DNA from: Opitutales bacterium | Lineage (GTDB): Bacteria > Verrucomicrobiota > Verrucomicrobiia > Opitutales > UBA2987 | Assembly: GCA_965226885.1 (NCBI GenBank) | Contig: CBDDEL010000014.1 | Location: forward strand, 256,001 to 320,000 | Direction: 5' to 3' | Length of the DNA stretch: 64,000 nt | Shown: one piece after another, positions 9,102-21,001 of the stretch | Position numbering within the stretch: the stretch's first letter is position 1 | Layout: each line of letters starts with the position of its first letter | Program-made: the position numbers and the translations under genes | The notes under the pieces: model-generated | What the model saw: only the letters and a program-made list of their open reading frames with translations | What the model was told of the DNA's origin: nothing | Database searches by the model: none

Positions 9102-10677
9102 CCCGGATATTTCATGAAGGGTAAAGTTTGGCTCGTTATTGCTATTGGAGATGGATTTCTTTGTATTTTGAGCAGATCGTCTTGATTTTTAGGTGTTTTT
9201 CAGGGTGTAGAGACACTGCCCCCTTTCCCCCATTGGTTCGGTAGTGCCGGGGGCAGCACCAATGCACCCTTTAGGTTGGCACCAATCGGCGGGCCGCATG
9301 GTTGAAAAGACTGGCCCAAGGATAACTCTCACTTAGGTGAAAGTGAATCGTTCGGGTGTTGCGCACGATGACCGCTCCGATCTTGATTAATTTGAGCCGC
9401 AGGGTGTGGCATTGGGCCCGCGCCCACTTCGTCCCTTTTAAGGCTAACCGGCGCATGGCTTCCATCAAGGTGTAGGCCAGCGCCGACAAGAGCAATCGCC
9501 ACTGATTGGCCCACCATTGATGGGCGCTGGTGCGCTCGCTGAACAATTGCATCTGTTCCTTGATTCGGTTCTCCATTTCACCGCGGCCACAGTATACCTT
9601 GTCGTAAAGCTCCTGGGGATCGCCCGGCAGGTTCGTCACCACGAAGCGCGGGTTGGACCCCTGTGCGGTGTGTTCGGCTTTATGGATGACCAACCGCCGC
9701 CATCGCCACGAATCGGCAGCATAGACGAAGTCCTGGAATAACCGTTGTTTTTTACCCCTTAGTTCGAACCATTCTTTGGCCTGCTTTTGCAACTGCTGGG
9801 CGTCTTGCTGCAAGCGTGCATTGCGAGCCATCCCCACGATGTAACTAACTTCGTTGCGGTCGCACCAAGAGAGTATCCGGTCTCGACAAAATCCACTGTC
9901 GGCGCGCCAAATAATCCGCGTACGGGGCCAGCTTTGGCGAATCCGTTTAACCAGCAATTTGAGGATGGCCCCGGCATGCTTGCTGGCATCGATCTTGCTC
10001 GGCCGCAGGTAGGCCACCAGCAGCTGATCACCGCAAAAAACATATAGCGGCAGAAAACAGTAATGATCATAATAACCGTGGAAAAAACGTCCCTCCTGGA
10101 GCCCGTGCACCGGATTGTCGGTGGCGTCAAAGTCCAGGATGATCTCTTCGGGTTCCTCGGCAAAGGAGCCCATGAACTGTTCGACCAACAGCTCGTTTAC
10201 CGCAAAGGCCGCCCGCCGATCCTGCCCGTTTTCAAAACGACACAAAGTCGGCGCGCTGGCCAACGTTTCAATGCGCCCCGTTACCGTTTGCTAACAATGG
10301 ATCGTGGCGCAGGGTATCAAAGTCGTTCAAATCCTCATAGCCCGCCACCAGCCCGTAAACGCGCTGCAGCAGCATCCCCAATACCTCATGGCGTACTTTG
10401 CCCTTCTGCCGTTTGTCCACTAACTGTCGGGCCGCTCGTTCGGTCAAGCCCAACTGCCGATCCACTTCCCGGATCAAAAGCAGTCCGGCATCCGAAGTAA
10501 CCTCTCCGCCCTTGAAATCAACCCGCACACGGCGGCCTGGCGGCCTTTTACCCTTGTCAACTGTAGCTTTAATTGTTTACCTTTTGTCATCGCTGATATT
10601 GCTTTAATTATTGATCTATCCTGCTGTATATCAGCAGTTAAGCATATCAACGATACTTTTTTTACGAAATATCCGGG
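9102..10677 (-). mobile_element. IS1380-family insertion sequence, copy 2, transposase frameshifted
   Basis: IRs and TTAG TSD; an 8-bp duplication at 10531-10546 and a 1-bp insertion near 10292 break the ORF 9271-10590. Confidence 0.93.
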
Positions 10678-10757
10678 TTAGGGTTTGGGAGTTGGTTTTG
10701 GGGATTGGCTTGGGGTCGGTGAGGAGGCCGGAGGCCGACGAGCCGGGCCCAAGGCGT

Positions 10758-11525
10758 TTATTGTTTTGGGCCACGGCGACGGCGTCGAGCATCGCGCAAG
10801 CGGTAGCTTTGCCCGTTGGCTTCGAGGATATGCACCCGATGGGTGAGTCGGTCCAGCAGAGCTCCGGTGAGCCGTTCGGAACCGAGCACTTCGATCCAGT
10901 TCTCAAAGGGCAGGTTGGTGGTGACGATGAGACTGGTGCGCTCGTAAGCGCGGCTGACCACGTCGAAGAGCAGTTCGGAACCGGTCTTGGAAAAAGGGAC
11001 GTAACCGAGTTCGTCGAGGATGAGTAGGTCGAGCCTTTCGAGTTGCTTCATGAAGCGCTGCAGGTCGTGGTTGTCGCGTTGCTCGAGCATATGGGTAACC
11101 AGGGCGGTGACCCCGAAGAAACGGATCCGCGGGCCCTGGGCACAGGCGGCAAAGCCCAGGGCGGTGGCCAGGTGCGTTTTACCGGTACCGGCGTTACCGA
11201 GGAGCAGCACGTTTTCGCGCTGGTCGACATACTCCCCGCGCATGAGCTCTCGGATGAGCGCTTCGTTGATCGAGGGCTGCGCTTCAAAGGCGAAGCTCTC
11301 GAGGGTCTTGAGCACGGGGAAACGGGCGTTTTTGATCCGCCGCTGGGCGGCCCGCTGTTCGCGTTCAATGAGCTCCCGTTCGACCAGATGCAACAAAAAG
11401 GCGGCGTAATCGAGCCGGTCCCGGGAACAAGCCGCGGCCACCGCCGGCCATTCGCGCAGGATGGTGGGCAACTTCAGTTTCTTGAGGTGATGGTGTAACA
11501 GCAGCTGGTTTTTTTCTTCCTTCAT
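10758..11525 (-). CDS. istB: IS21 helper ATPase IstB
   Basis: Walker A GNAGTGKT, Walker B LLILDELG, ALLDRLTH. Confidence 0.95.
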   Translation of the reverse strand: MKEEKNQLLLHHHLKKLKLPTILREWPAVAAACSRDRLDYAAFLLHLVERELIEREQRAAQRRIKNARFPVLKTLESFAFEAQPSINEALIRELMRGEYVDQRENVLLLGNAGTGKTHLATALGFAACAQGPRIRFFGVTALVTHMLEQRDNHDLQRFMKQLERLDLLILDELGYVPFSKTGSELLFDVVSRAYERTSLIVTTNLPFENWIEVLGSERLTGALLDRLTHRVHILEANGQSYRLRDARRRRRGPKQ

Positions 11526-13027
11526 AAAGCCCCTCCTGGAATCTTGAGCAGTTCGCTGTAGGCACCGAGGTCAGGGGCGGCCACACGGACGTGACGCAGG
11601 TGTGGATGGCCGTCCAGCCGGAAGGTTCTGCTCCCGTAGTCTTCCTGAGGATAGAGATACTGGGCGATGGCCTCACGAGTCAGTCCCCCCACCCGCAGGG
11701 CCGAGACGACGGCCTGCTGCAAGGCCGCCATGGGGTGTTTCTCCAACAGCCGCAGCACCCGGATATACTCCCGGGTGCCTTCGCCCCCGCATTGGCTTTC
11801 GAGCCGGCGTCTGAGGACCTGCAGGCACTGCGGCAACTGCCAGCCCGAGAGTGGGCAGGCGAAGTCCAAAGCGCCCGGTTTTTTCTCCAGCAAAGCCAGG
11901 TAGTGCACCGGCTCGAAAGAGACTTGCTCTTTATCCCAAATGCGGCGGTGCCGGGCCACCTCTTGGCCCCCACAGAAGATCACCACCTGCCGACAGGACC
12001 CTTCCACCACCACCGGATGGTGGGCGCAGCGCACCGGCACCGAATAGTCGTTGCACTCGAAGCGCACCAGCGAGAGGCTGCTGACGCAGGTCGAGCGTTT
12101 GCGGCTCGCTTCAAAGGGTATGGGCGGCAACGCCAGCATGACGGCGCGCTCCTCGGCCAGCAGTTCCTTTTTCACCGCCCTTTTCCCGCGTAATTTACGC
12201 TCCATGTCCCGCTCACATGCCTCCAACAGCTCTGCGTTGAGTTCCTCCAGGTCCCGAACCTGCGGTACCGGTACCAGGAAGTTGGCCCGGGCATAACGCA
12301 CGATCCCCTCGACCACGCCCTTCTCGTTGGGCCGGGCGGGCAGACAGAAGTGTTCCTCGAACAGGTAATGGCTCTGTAGCTGCAGAAACCCGTCGGTCAG
12401 CTTGCGTTCACGCGAACCGATAATCTTACCCACCGCCACCTTCGAGTTGTCATAGCTGATGCGCCGGGGCACCGCCCCGAAAAACTCAAAAGCTCGCAGG
12501 TGCCCCTCCCAGAAGCTCTCCGTGCACTCCCGTTCGAACACCTGCACGAAAAAGGCATCGCTGTAGGGCAGGCTCATGGCAAAAAATGGCCGCCTACGCA
12601 ATTGCCCCGCCTCCTTCACCAGGGCATGACCGAAGTCCACCTGTCCCTCCCCGGGGCGGTGCTCCAGCGGCACGAACACTTCCCGCCGCCTCGCTCGCAG
12701 CTCGGCCACCACCTCCTTGACCGCCGTGTAGCCCCCTTGGTAGCCCTTCTCCCGACCCAAACGCTGGTAGATCCGTTTGGCCGTATGGCGCTGCTTCTTG
12801 GGCACGTTCCGGTCCGCTTTGAGCACCTCCTCGATCCAGCCCACATACGGATCGATCTTGCGCTCTCGCCTCTTCTTGCGCCGGTCTCCCGGCGGCTGGG
12901 AATAGGCCAGCATCTTTCCCAGGGTCTCCCAGTGCAGTCCCTCTTCTCGCATTACAGAGCGCTTGCTCTGCTTGTCCCGCAGCACTTTGTGCCGCACTCT
13001 TGTCCATTGCTTCATATCTCGATACAC
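11522..13027 (-). CDS. istA: IS21 transposase IstA
   Basis: QVDFG, ISYDN, NEKGVVE DDE motifs; overlaps the istB start. Confidence 0.95.
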   Translation of the reverse strand: MYRDMKQWTRVRHKVLRDKQSKRSVMREEGLHWETLGKMLAYSQPPGDRRKKRRERKIDPYVGWIEEVLKADRNVPKKQRHTAKRIYQRLGREKGYQGGYTAVKEVVAELRARRREVFVPLEHRPGEGQVDFGHALVKEAGQLRRRPFFAMSLPYSDAFFVQVFERECTESFWEGHLRAFEFFGAVPRRISYDNSKVAVGKIIGSRERKLTDGFLQLQSHYLFEEHFCLPARPNEKGVVEGIVRYARANFLVPVPQVRDLEELNAELLEACERDMERKLRGKRAVKKELLAEERAVMLALPPIPFEASRKRSTCVSSLSLVRFECNDYSVPVRCAHHPVVVEGSCRQVVIFCGGQEVARHRRIWDKEQVSFEPVHYLALLEKKPGALDFACPLSGWQLPQCLQVLRRRLESQCGGEGTREYIRVLRLLEKHPMAALQQAVVSALRVGGLTREAIAQYLYPQEDYGSRTFRLDGHPHLRHVRVAAPDLGAYSELLKIPGGAL

Positions 13028-15269
13028 TCCTCCTTTCTAGGATAAGCGTACCGGTTTTAAAGCGCCCTCTTTACCGTACCGGTTTTTCCCCGGCGTTTAC
13101 ATTTTACGCACATAGCGTGACAGGGACTGTCGCAAGGTATTGTTCCAGCGTTCGATATGGGCGGTTTGGCCGGATTGTTTCCCGCTGGCGCTGTTGTGAG
13201 GGAAAACCTTGTCGTAGCTTTCCCAGTAATCGCTTACGGTGGCACAGTCGCGATAGGGCTGGGCGATGTTGTGATACAACTGCCAGCACGTTTGATCGCT
13301 ACGATCACCCAGAGAAAACCCGACGACCTGTCGGGTACGTCGACACAAGGCTACCCATAGCCATACCTGCCCCGAACGCTTATCGCCCCAGAATGACCAC
13401 ACCTCGTCCAGTTCCAGCACATCACTACACTGGCGGGCAAGCAGAGTGGACTCCAGCTTCGGCAAACTCAGGACTTTTTTTTAATCCATTCGATGACCGT
13501 CTTTGGGGCTACCCCGAAGGTACGGTAAATGGCACGCAGGCTCATCCGGTTTTGGTGCGCACGGAGCACCTGCTTGACCAGCGCCGGAGGATGCTCACGA
13601 CTTTTGGGGTGAAGCCGAAACTGATAACCACACCCCTTGCATCGATACTTCTGAACCCCTTTCGGATCCTTGCCGTGCTTGATGATGTGATCGCTTCCGC
13701 ATTGAGGACATTTTACTGTGATATGGACCATTCCCAGTTCACAACATAATCACGCTAAAAAGTACAGCTTAAACATTCAAAATGTTAACACTACCCGTGA
13801 TTTTACTATTATTTTTTTCGGCCGGAATTCTTTTTGCATTTCGAAATAATTTTACGATATTTTTTGGCATTTTCGATATTTGGGTCCAATTCCAACGCTC
13901 TTTCCAGGTGCCCAATACCCTCTGGTTTGCGTTCGGGCATGTTGATCAGCAATTTCCCCATGCCTTTATGAGCCCGGGGTGAATTTTCCTTCAAGGCCAG
14001 GGCATTGGAGAAAGCCAATTCCGATTCCGCGAATTTCCCCAGGGATGCAGCCATGCTTCCCACCAAGGTATGATAAAAGCTGTTTTCGGGCATTAATTCG
14101 GTGGCCAGCCGGAATTGCCCCAAAGCCTCCTCTTGGCGGCCTTTGATCTGGTAAACCTGGCCCAGTCCGCCCTGCAAAAATCCGTCTTGTGGCAAAATTT
14201 TGGTTGCATGTTCGAGAACCGTTGTCGCCTTGTCGAACTCATTCAGATCGCCGTATGCCTGGGCCAGGTAAAAGAGGTTAAAGCCATCATGCGGAAAATA
14301 CCGCTCAAATGACTCCAGGTATTCACGCGCCTCATTCGGCCTGCCGGTAACTGCATAGGCCCTGCCGATGAGATGTCTGGCATCTTTGCGCAAGGGATTG
14401 TATTTGAGGACCTTTTCCCCAAGGTTGATGACGATTTGCCAATCCTCCTTGCGGTTCATGGCGTGCCGTTGAGAGCGAAAGTAGCGGTCGGCTTTCATCC
14501 AGCGGTATTGCAGCGATGTCCAAACCACGATAAGGATCAGACCCGCCGCCGCTCCGCCCAGGGCCAATCCCTTTTTTTCCCAACGCCAGGAAGTCTGCTG
14601 CTTTTCACTATTGGACGAATCCAACGAAAAAAGTCCCGCCGCATATAAAGCCAAAGCAAAGGGCGGCATGGCCCGGTAAAAAGGAAAACTGAATAGCGCA
14701 TCCACCCCTAATCCGCATATTCCCGCCAAACAGGCGGTCGCCGCCAGCCAGTCTTTGCTCGAACCGGGAACCCCCGCTACCCTCCACGCTTGTCTGGCCA
14801 TTAAAGTTAGCGACCAGAATAGAAAAATCAGGAAAGGGATCCCCAATTCCGCTGTTGCCTGCAGGTAATCGTTATGGGCTTCGGCCGGTCTCCGGATCAT
14901 AGTCAGTCCCCTCTGCGAACCTCCTTTACTGGCTGCCAATGGATAAGAAACGATAAAATTATACAGACCGACGCCCCTTACCGGATGGTCCTTCACCATT
15001 TCCAGAATATTGCTCCAAAGGGCCAGACGCTCACGACCGCTTCCCCCGTATCTTTTAACCGGAGCGTCTATGTCGCTATCTCTATCATTGGCCACTTTTT
15101 CTTTATCCTGGAGAGCCTCTCTCAAACCTGTTAAATCCCGGACCGCTTCTGCCCATCGCCACGTCATGCCGTCGTTAGTGTAATTTGTGGTCAGGGCGAG
15201 AAGGATTAATGAAATTGCGCCGGGAATAAATAACTGGCGCTTTAGAGAAGGCCGTTTTCTTTTCTTTAG

Positions 15270-16836
15270 CCCGGATATTTCGTAAAAAAAGTATCGTTGA
15301 TATGCTTAACTGCTGATATACAGCAGGATAGATCAATAATTAAAGCAATATCAGCGATGACAAAAGGTAAACAATTAAAGCTACAGTTGACAAGGGTAAA
15401 AGGCCGCCGTGTGCGGGTTGATTTCAAGGGCGGAGAGGTTACTTCGGATGCCGGACTGCTTTTGATCCGGGAAGTGGATCGGCAGTTGGGCTTGACCGAA
15501 CGAGCGGCCCGACAGTTAGTGGACAAACGGCAGAAGGGCAAAGTACGCCATGAGGTATTGGGGATGCTGCGGCAGCGCGTTTACGGGCTGGTGGCGGGCT
15601 ATGAGGATTTGAACGACTTTGATACCCTGCGCCAAGATCCATTGTTGCAAACGGTAACGGGGCGCATTGAAACGTTGGCCAGCGCGCCGACTTTGTGTCG
15701 TTTTGAAAACGGGCAGGATTGGCGGGCGGCCTTTGCGGTAAACGAGCTGTTGGTCGAACAGTTCATGGGCTCCTTTGCCGAGGAACCCGAAGAGATCATC
15801 CTGGACTTTGACGCCACCGACAATCCGGTGCACGGGCTCCAGGAGGGACGTTTTTTCCACGGTTATTATGATCATTACTGTTTTCTGCCGCTATATGTTT
15901 TTTGCGGTGATCAGCTGCTGGTGGCCTACCTGCGGCCGAGCAAGATCGATGCCAGCAAGCATGCCGGGGCCATCCTCAAATTGCTGGTTAAACGGATGCG
16001 CCAAAGCTGGCCCCGTACGCGGATTATTTGGCGCGCCGACAGTGGATTTTGTCGAGACCGGATACTCTCTTGGTGCGACCGCAACGAAGTTAGTTACATC
16101 GTGGGGATGGCTCGCAATGCACGCTTGCAGCAAGACGCCCAGCAGTTGCAAAAGCAGGCCAAAGAATGGTTCGAACTAAGGGGTAAAAAACAACGGTTAT
16201 TCCAGGACTTCGTCTATGCTGCCGATTCGTGGCGATGGCTGCGGTTGGTCATCCATAAAGCCGAACACACCGCACAGGGGTCCAACCCGCGCTTCGTGGT
16301 GACGAACCTGCCGGGCGATCCCCAGGAGCTTTACGACAAGGTATACTGTGGCCGCGGTGAAATGGAGAACCGAATCAAGGAACAGATGCAATTGTTCAGC
16401 GAGCGCACCAGCGCCCATCAATGGTGGGCCAATCAGTGGCGATTGCTCTTGTCGGCGCTGGCCTACACCTTGATGGAAGCCATGCGCCGGTTAGCCTTAA
16501 AAGGGACGAAGTGGGCGCGGGCCCAATGCCACACCCTGCGGCTCAAATTAATCAAGATCGGAGCGGTCATCGTGCGCAACACCCGAACGATTCACTTTCA
16601 CCTAAGTGAGAGTTATCCTTGGGCCAGTCTTTTCAACCATGCGGCCCGCCGATTGGTGCCAACCTAAAGGGTGCATTGGTGCTGCCCCCGGCACTACCGA
16701 ACCAATGGGGGAAAGGGGGCAGTGTCTCTACACCCTGAAAAACACCTAAAAATCAAGACGATCTGCTCAAAATACAAAGAAATCCATCTCCAATAGCAAT
16801 AACGAGCCAAACTTTACCCTTCATGAAATATCCGGG
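15270..16836 (+). mobile_element. IS1380-family insertion sequence, copy 3
   Basis: IRs, TTAG TSD, intact transposase 15357-16667. Confidence 0.95.
15357..16667 (+). CDS. IS1380-family transposase
   Basis: Near-identical to 2290-3600. Confidence 0.93.
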   Translation: MTKGKQLKLQLTRVKGRRVRVDFKGGEVTSDAGLLLIREVDRQLGLTERAARQLVDKRQKGKVRHEVLGMLRQRVYGLVAGYEDLNDFDTLRQDPLLQTVTGRIETLASAPTLCRFENGQDWRAAFAVNELLVEQFMGSFAEEPEEIILDFDATDNPVHGLQEGRFFHGYYDHYCFLPLYVFCGDQLLVAYLRPSKIDASKHAGAILKLLVKRMRQSWPRTRIIWRADSGFCRDRILSWCDRNEVSYIVGMARNARLQQDAQQLQKQAKEWFELRGKKQRLFQDFVYAADSWRWLRLVIHKAEHTAQGSNPRFVVTNLPGDPQELYDKVYCGRGEMENRIKEQMQLFSERTSAHQWWANQWRLLLSALAYTLMEAMRRLALKGTKWARAQCHTLRLKLIKIGAVIVRNTRTIHFHLSESYPWASLFNHAARRLVPT

Positions 16837-17605
16837 TTAGCACAAATATGGCGAATATGAGGAGGGCCAGAATGATCTCTGCCATGACGGACAACCAGGC
16901 CGCCCGCGTAAATGTGTAAAACAGATAAGTCGCCATAACGACTGTCGATAAAGAGCCGAACCAGATGGCGAGGGCGGTCCGGGCCGAAAAAATAACGCTG
17001 CTGCGGCTGGCAGGGTTATGATCATCATTTGCGCCCCCATGTTTTTATTGGCAAAAGTAGAGGCGGGTGAAGCGGTTTGTTTTACCAGATCGACATCGTA
17101 TAAATATTGAGTGCACCCCAGCAAGGCGACCAACGTTCCGGAAATAGCGATGGAGACAAACAGACGATAGATTTGGCCGGGCCTGCCCAAGGACTGCAGG
17201 GCGAGGAAAAATACTACCCCGCTGGCGCACCAGCGATTCCAGACGATGAATCCTCCAAATGGCTCACGGGCCCAGAACAACGACAACAGCGCCCAACCCA
17301 CAAATCCGGCCAGGGGAAAATACAAAGGGCATTTTAACACTTCCAAACGACCTTTGCGAACTGCCTTAATGGGTAGTGTATAAAAAAAGAATGTTATTTT
17401 GTATTTTTAGCTGTACAAATAGCGTTAGGCAGTTTATTTTTAGTGCATGGTTACTAAAATTATTAATTGTCGGCACTGTGGAAGTGAAAATATCATTAAA
17501 TTTGGCAAGACGCCCAACCATAAACAGCGCTACCGCTGCCATGATTGTGGTAAACAAAGCCGCGAAAACCCCACAGTGAAATACACCGAAGAGCAAAAAG
17601 AAATG

Positions 17606-18401
17606 GGTAGTGTTAACATTTTGAATGTTTAGGCTGTACTTTTTAGCGTGATTATGTTGTGAACTGGGAATGGTCCATATCACAGTAAAATGTCCTCAAT
17701 GCGGAAGCGATCACATCATCAAGCACGGCAAGGATCCGAAAGGGGTTCAGAAGTATCGATGCAAGGGGTGTGGTTATCAGTTTCGGCTTCACCCCAAAAG
17801 TCGTGAGCATCCTCCGGCGCTGGTCAAGCAGGTGCTCCGTGCGCACCAAAACCGGATGAGCCTGCGTGCCATTTACCGTACCTTCGGGGTAGCCCCAAAG
17901 ACGGTCATCGAATGGATTAAAAAAAAGTCCTGAGTTTGCCGAAGCTGGAGTCCACTCTGCTTGCCCGCCAGTGTAGTGATGTGCTGGAACTGGACGAGGT
18001 GTGGTCATTCTGGGGCGATAAGCGTTCGGGGCAGGTATGGCTATGGGTAGCCTTGTGTCGACGTACCCGACAGGTCGTCGGGTTTTCTCTGGGTGATCGT
18101 AGCGATCAAACGTGCTGGCAGTTGTATCACAACATCGCCCAGCCCTATCGCGACTGTGCCACCGTAAGCGATTACTGGGAAAGCTACGACAAGGTTTTCC
18201 CTCACAACAGCGCCAGCGGGAAACAATCCGGCCAAACCGCCCATATCGAACGCTGGAACAATACCTTGCGACAGTCCCTGTCACGCTATGTGCGTAAAAC
18301 GCTGTCATTCTCGAAGTCTTTGGTCATGCATTTTCGCGTCCTGTGCTTGTTCATCTGGGAATACAACAGCAATATCAAACATTCGTCATGTTAACACTAC
18401 C
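17606..18401 (+). mobile_element. IS1-family element type B (796 bp, intact)
   Basis: IRs GGTAGTGTTAACA; 8-bp TSD AAGAAATG; insA 17670-17933 and insB to 18394 joined by an A-run frameshift site. Confidence 0.94.
17670..18394 (+). CDS. IS1-family transposase InsA/InsB (programmed -1 frameshift)
   Basis: CPQCGS...YRCKGC zinc ribbon; [26 protein letters not shown]-run at the junction. Confidence 0.88.
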
Positions 18402-19117
18402 AAGAAATGATCCTGCGAGTCTATCAGGAACGCAGCAGTCTACGCGGTTTACAGCGCGCCTTCGGGGTGAGTCCCAACACCGTTTTGAGTTGGTTAAAAA
18501 AAACGACAATCGCTGCGACCGCTCAAAAGCACGATTCTTGCGGCCCGCCGCCATGATGTCATTGAACTGGACGAACTGTGGTCTTTTGTGGGGCGCAAGA
18601 GCGATGCCCAATGGGTTTGGATCGCTCTTTGCCGACGCACCCGTCAAATCCTCTCCTATGCCATTGGGCCTCGGGATTGGTATCGTTGCCGGGAACTTTA
18701 CGAGCGTCTGCCACGGGCCTACAAAAGATGTGCCACCTACAGCGACTTTTGGAGCACTTATGATGAAGTCTTTCCTCATAACCGATCCGTGGGAAAAGAA
18801 ACCGGTGAAACGGCCCATGTGGAACGATGGAACAATACCCTGCGCCAACGACTGGGTCGTTTCACACGCAAAACCCTCTCCTTTTCCAAGCTTAAGAGTA
18901 TGCATGAAACCTGTCTGAGACTTTTTATTCATCAATATAATCAAGAATTAGCCACCATTCCTACTTAATACACTACCCCTTAATGAACCAAAAAGTTAGC
19001 CAGAACAAAGTTCCCAATTGGATAAATACCGCTTTCGGCATATTGGTATAATCCCAATTGCGCTCGAAAATGACAAGCGGAGCAATGACTATAATAATCG
19101 GCAGAATAAGGTTTTCG

Positions 19118-19919
19118 GGTAGTGTATAAAAAAAGAATGTTATTTTGTATTTTTAGCTGTACAAATAGCGTTAGGCAGTTTATTCTTAGTGCATGGTTAC
19201 TAAAATTATTAATTGTCGGCACTGTGGAAGTGAAAATATCATTAAATTTGGCAAGACGCCCAACCATAAACAGCGCTACCGCTGCCATGATTGTGGTAAA
19301 CAAAGCCGCGAAAACCCCACAGTGAAATACACCGAAGAGCAAAAAGAAATGATCCTTCGAGTCTATCAGGAACGCAGCAGTCTACGCGGTTTACAGCGCG
19401 CCTTCGGGGTGAGTCCCAACACCGTATTGAGTTGGTTAAAAAAAACGACAATCGCTGCGACCGCTCAAAAGCACGATTCTTGCGGCCCGCCGCCATGATG
19501 TCATTGAACTGGACGAACTGTGGTCTTTTGTGGGGCGCAAGAGCGATGCCCAATGGGTTTGGATCGCTCTTTGCCGACGCACCCGTCAAATCCTCTCCTA
19601 TGCCATTGGGCCTCGGGATTGGTATCGTTGCCGGGAACTTTACGAGCGTCTGCCACGGGCCTACAAAAGATGTGCCACCTACAGCGACTTTTGGAGCACT
19701 TATGATGAAGTCTTTCCTCATAACCGATCCGTGGGAAAAGAAACCGGTGAAACGGCCCATGTGGAACGATGGAACAATACCCTGCGCCAACGACTGGGTC
19801 GTTTCACACGCAAAACCCTCTCCTTTTCCAAGCTTAAGAGTATGCATGAAACCTGTCTGAGACTTTTCATTCATCAATATAATCAAGAATTAGCCACCAT
19901 TCCTACTTAATACACTACC
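19118..19919 (+). mobile_element. IS1-family element type A (802 bp, intact)
   Basis: IRs; 8-bp TSD GGTTTTCG. Confidence 0.94.
19193..19910 (+). CDS. IS1-family transposase InsA/InsB (programmed -1 frameshift)
   Basis: CRHCGS...YRCHDC; A-run slippery site near 19438-19445; [13 protein letters not shown]. Confidence 0.88.
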
Positions 19920-20233
19920 GGTTTTCGCAGGTTTCCCAAATGTTTCTCTCTTGAATGGCTTTGGCTGCGATGTAGCCTCCCATAACGGCCAACACCTGAT
20001 CCACTGGAATCCTCAATTCACGGGCCATTTGCGATGCCGCTTTTTTACCAGAGAACCGCTTGTAAACGCCGGGATGAAACCGGTACGGGGGTCGGGGTAA
20101 AACCGGTACGCTTGGAATAAGGTTTAGGTTAGTAATTGCAGGTACGTCAAGGTTTAGGGTTTGGGAGTTGGTTTTGGGGATTGGCTTGGGGTCGGTGAGG
20201 AGGCCGGAGGCCGACGAGCCGGGCCCAAGGCGT

Positions 20234-21001
20234 TTATTGTTTTGTGCCACGGCGACGGCGTCGAGCATCGCGCAAGCGGTAGCTTTGCCCGTTGGCTTCG
20301 AGGATATGCACCCGATGGGTGAGTCGGTCCAGCAGAGCTCCGGTGAGCCGTTCGGAACCGAGCACTTCGATCCAGTTCTCAAAGGGCAGGTTGGTGGTGA
20401 CGATGAGACTGGTGCGCTCGTAAGCGCGGCTGACCACGTCGAAGAGCAGTTCGGAACCGGTCTTGGAAAAAGGGACGTAACCGAGTTCGTCGAGGATGAG
20501 TAGGTCGAGCCTTTCGAGTTGCTTCATGAAGCGCTGCAGGTCGTGGTTGTCGCGTTGCTCGAGCATATGGGTAACCAGGGCGGTGACCCCGAAGAAACGG
20601 ATCCGCCGGCCCTGGGCACAGGCGGCAAAGCCCAGGGCGGTGGCCAGGTGCGTTTTACCGGTACCGGCGTTACCGAGGAGCAGCACGTTTTCGCGCTGGT
20701 CGACATACTCCCCGCGCATGAGCTCTCGGATGAGCGCTTCGTTGATCGAGGGCTGCGCTTCAAAGGCGAAGCTCTCGAGGGTCTTGAGCACGGGGAAACG
20801 GGCGTTTTTGATCCGCCGCTGGGCGGCCCGCTGTTCGCGTTCAATGAGCTCCCGTTCGACCAGATGCAACAAAAAGGCGGCGTAATCGAGCCGGTCCCGG
20901 GAACAAGCCGCGGCCACCGCCGGCCATTCGCGCAGGATGGTGGGCAACTTCAGTTTCTTGAGGTGATGGTGTAACAGCAGCTGGTTTTTTTCTTCCTTCA
21001 T
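20234..21001 (-). CDS. istB: IS21 helper ATPase IstB
   Basis: Walker A/B motifs; near-identical to 10758-11525. Confidence 0.95.
   Translation of the reverse strand: MKEEKNQLLLHHHLKKLKLPTILREWPAVAAACSRDRLDYAAFLLHLVERELIEREQRAAQRRIKNARFPVLKTLESFAFEAQPSINEALIRELMRGEYVDQRENVLLLGNAGTGKTHLATALGFAACAQGRRIRFFGVTALVTHMLEQRDNHDLQRFMKQLERLDLLILDELGYVPFSKTGSELLFDVVSRAYERTSLIVTTNLPFENWIEVLGSERLTGALLDRLTHRVHILEANGQSYRLRDARRRRRGTKQ

Larger units (their letters stand above)
9005..13101 (-). mobile_element. IS21-family insertion sequence, copy 1 (contains IS1380)
   Basis: Ends TGTAAACGCCGGG / CCCGGCGTTTACA with repeated ACCGGTACG subterminal motifs; 5-bp TSD TTTTA. Confidence 0.93.
8898..13795 (-). mobile_element. 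IS1-family element type B, interrupted by IS21 (which itself carries IS1380)
   Basis: IRs GGTAGTGTTAACA; 8-bp TSD CGTGATTT; insA 13468-13731 (CxxC zinc ribbon); insB broken at 13101/9005. Confidence 0.93.
17372..18977 (+). mobile_element. IS1-family element type A, interrupted by IS1 type B
   Basis: IRs GGTAGTGTAT / ATACACTACC; 8-bp TSD CCTTAATG. Confidence 0.93.

Noticed and set aside
20157..20190. G-quadruplex-like G-tracts at the IS21 downstream end
   Set aside because: Long loops and no independent evidence; equally explained as a C-rich 3' tail on the transcribed strand
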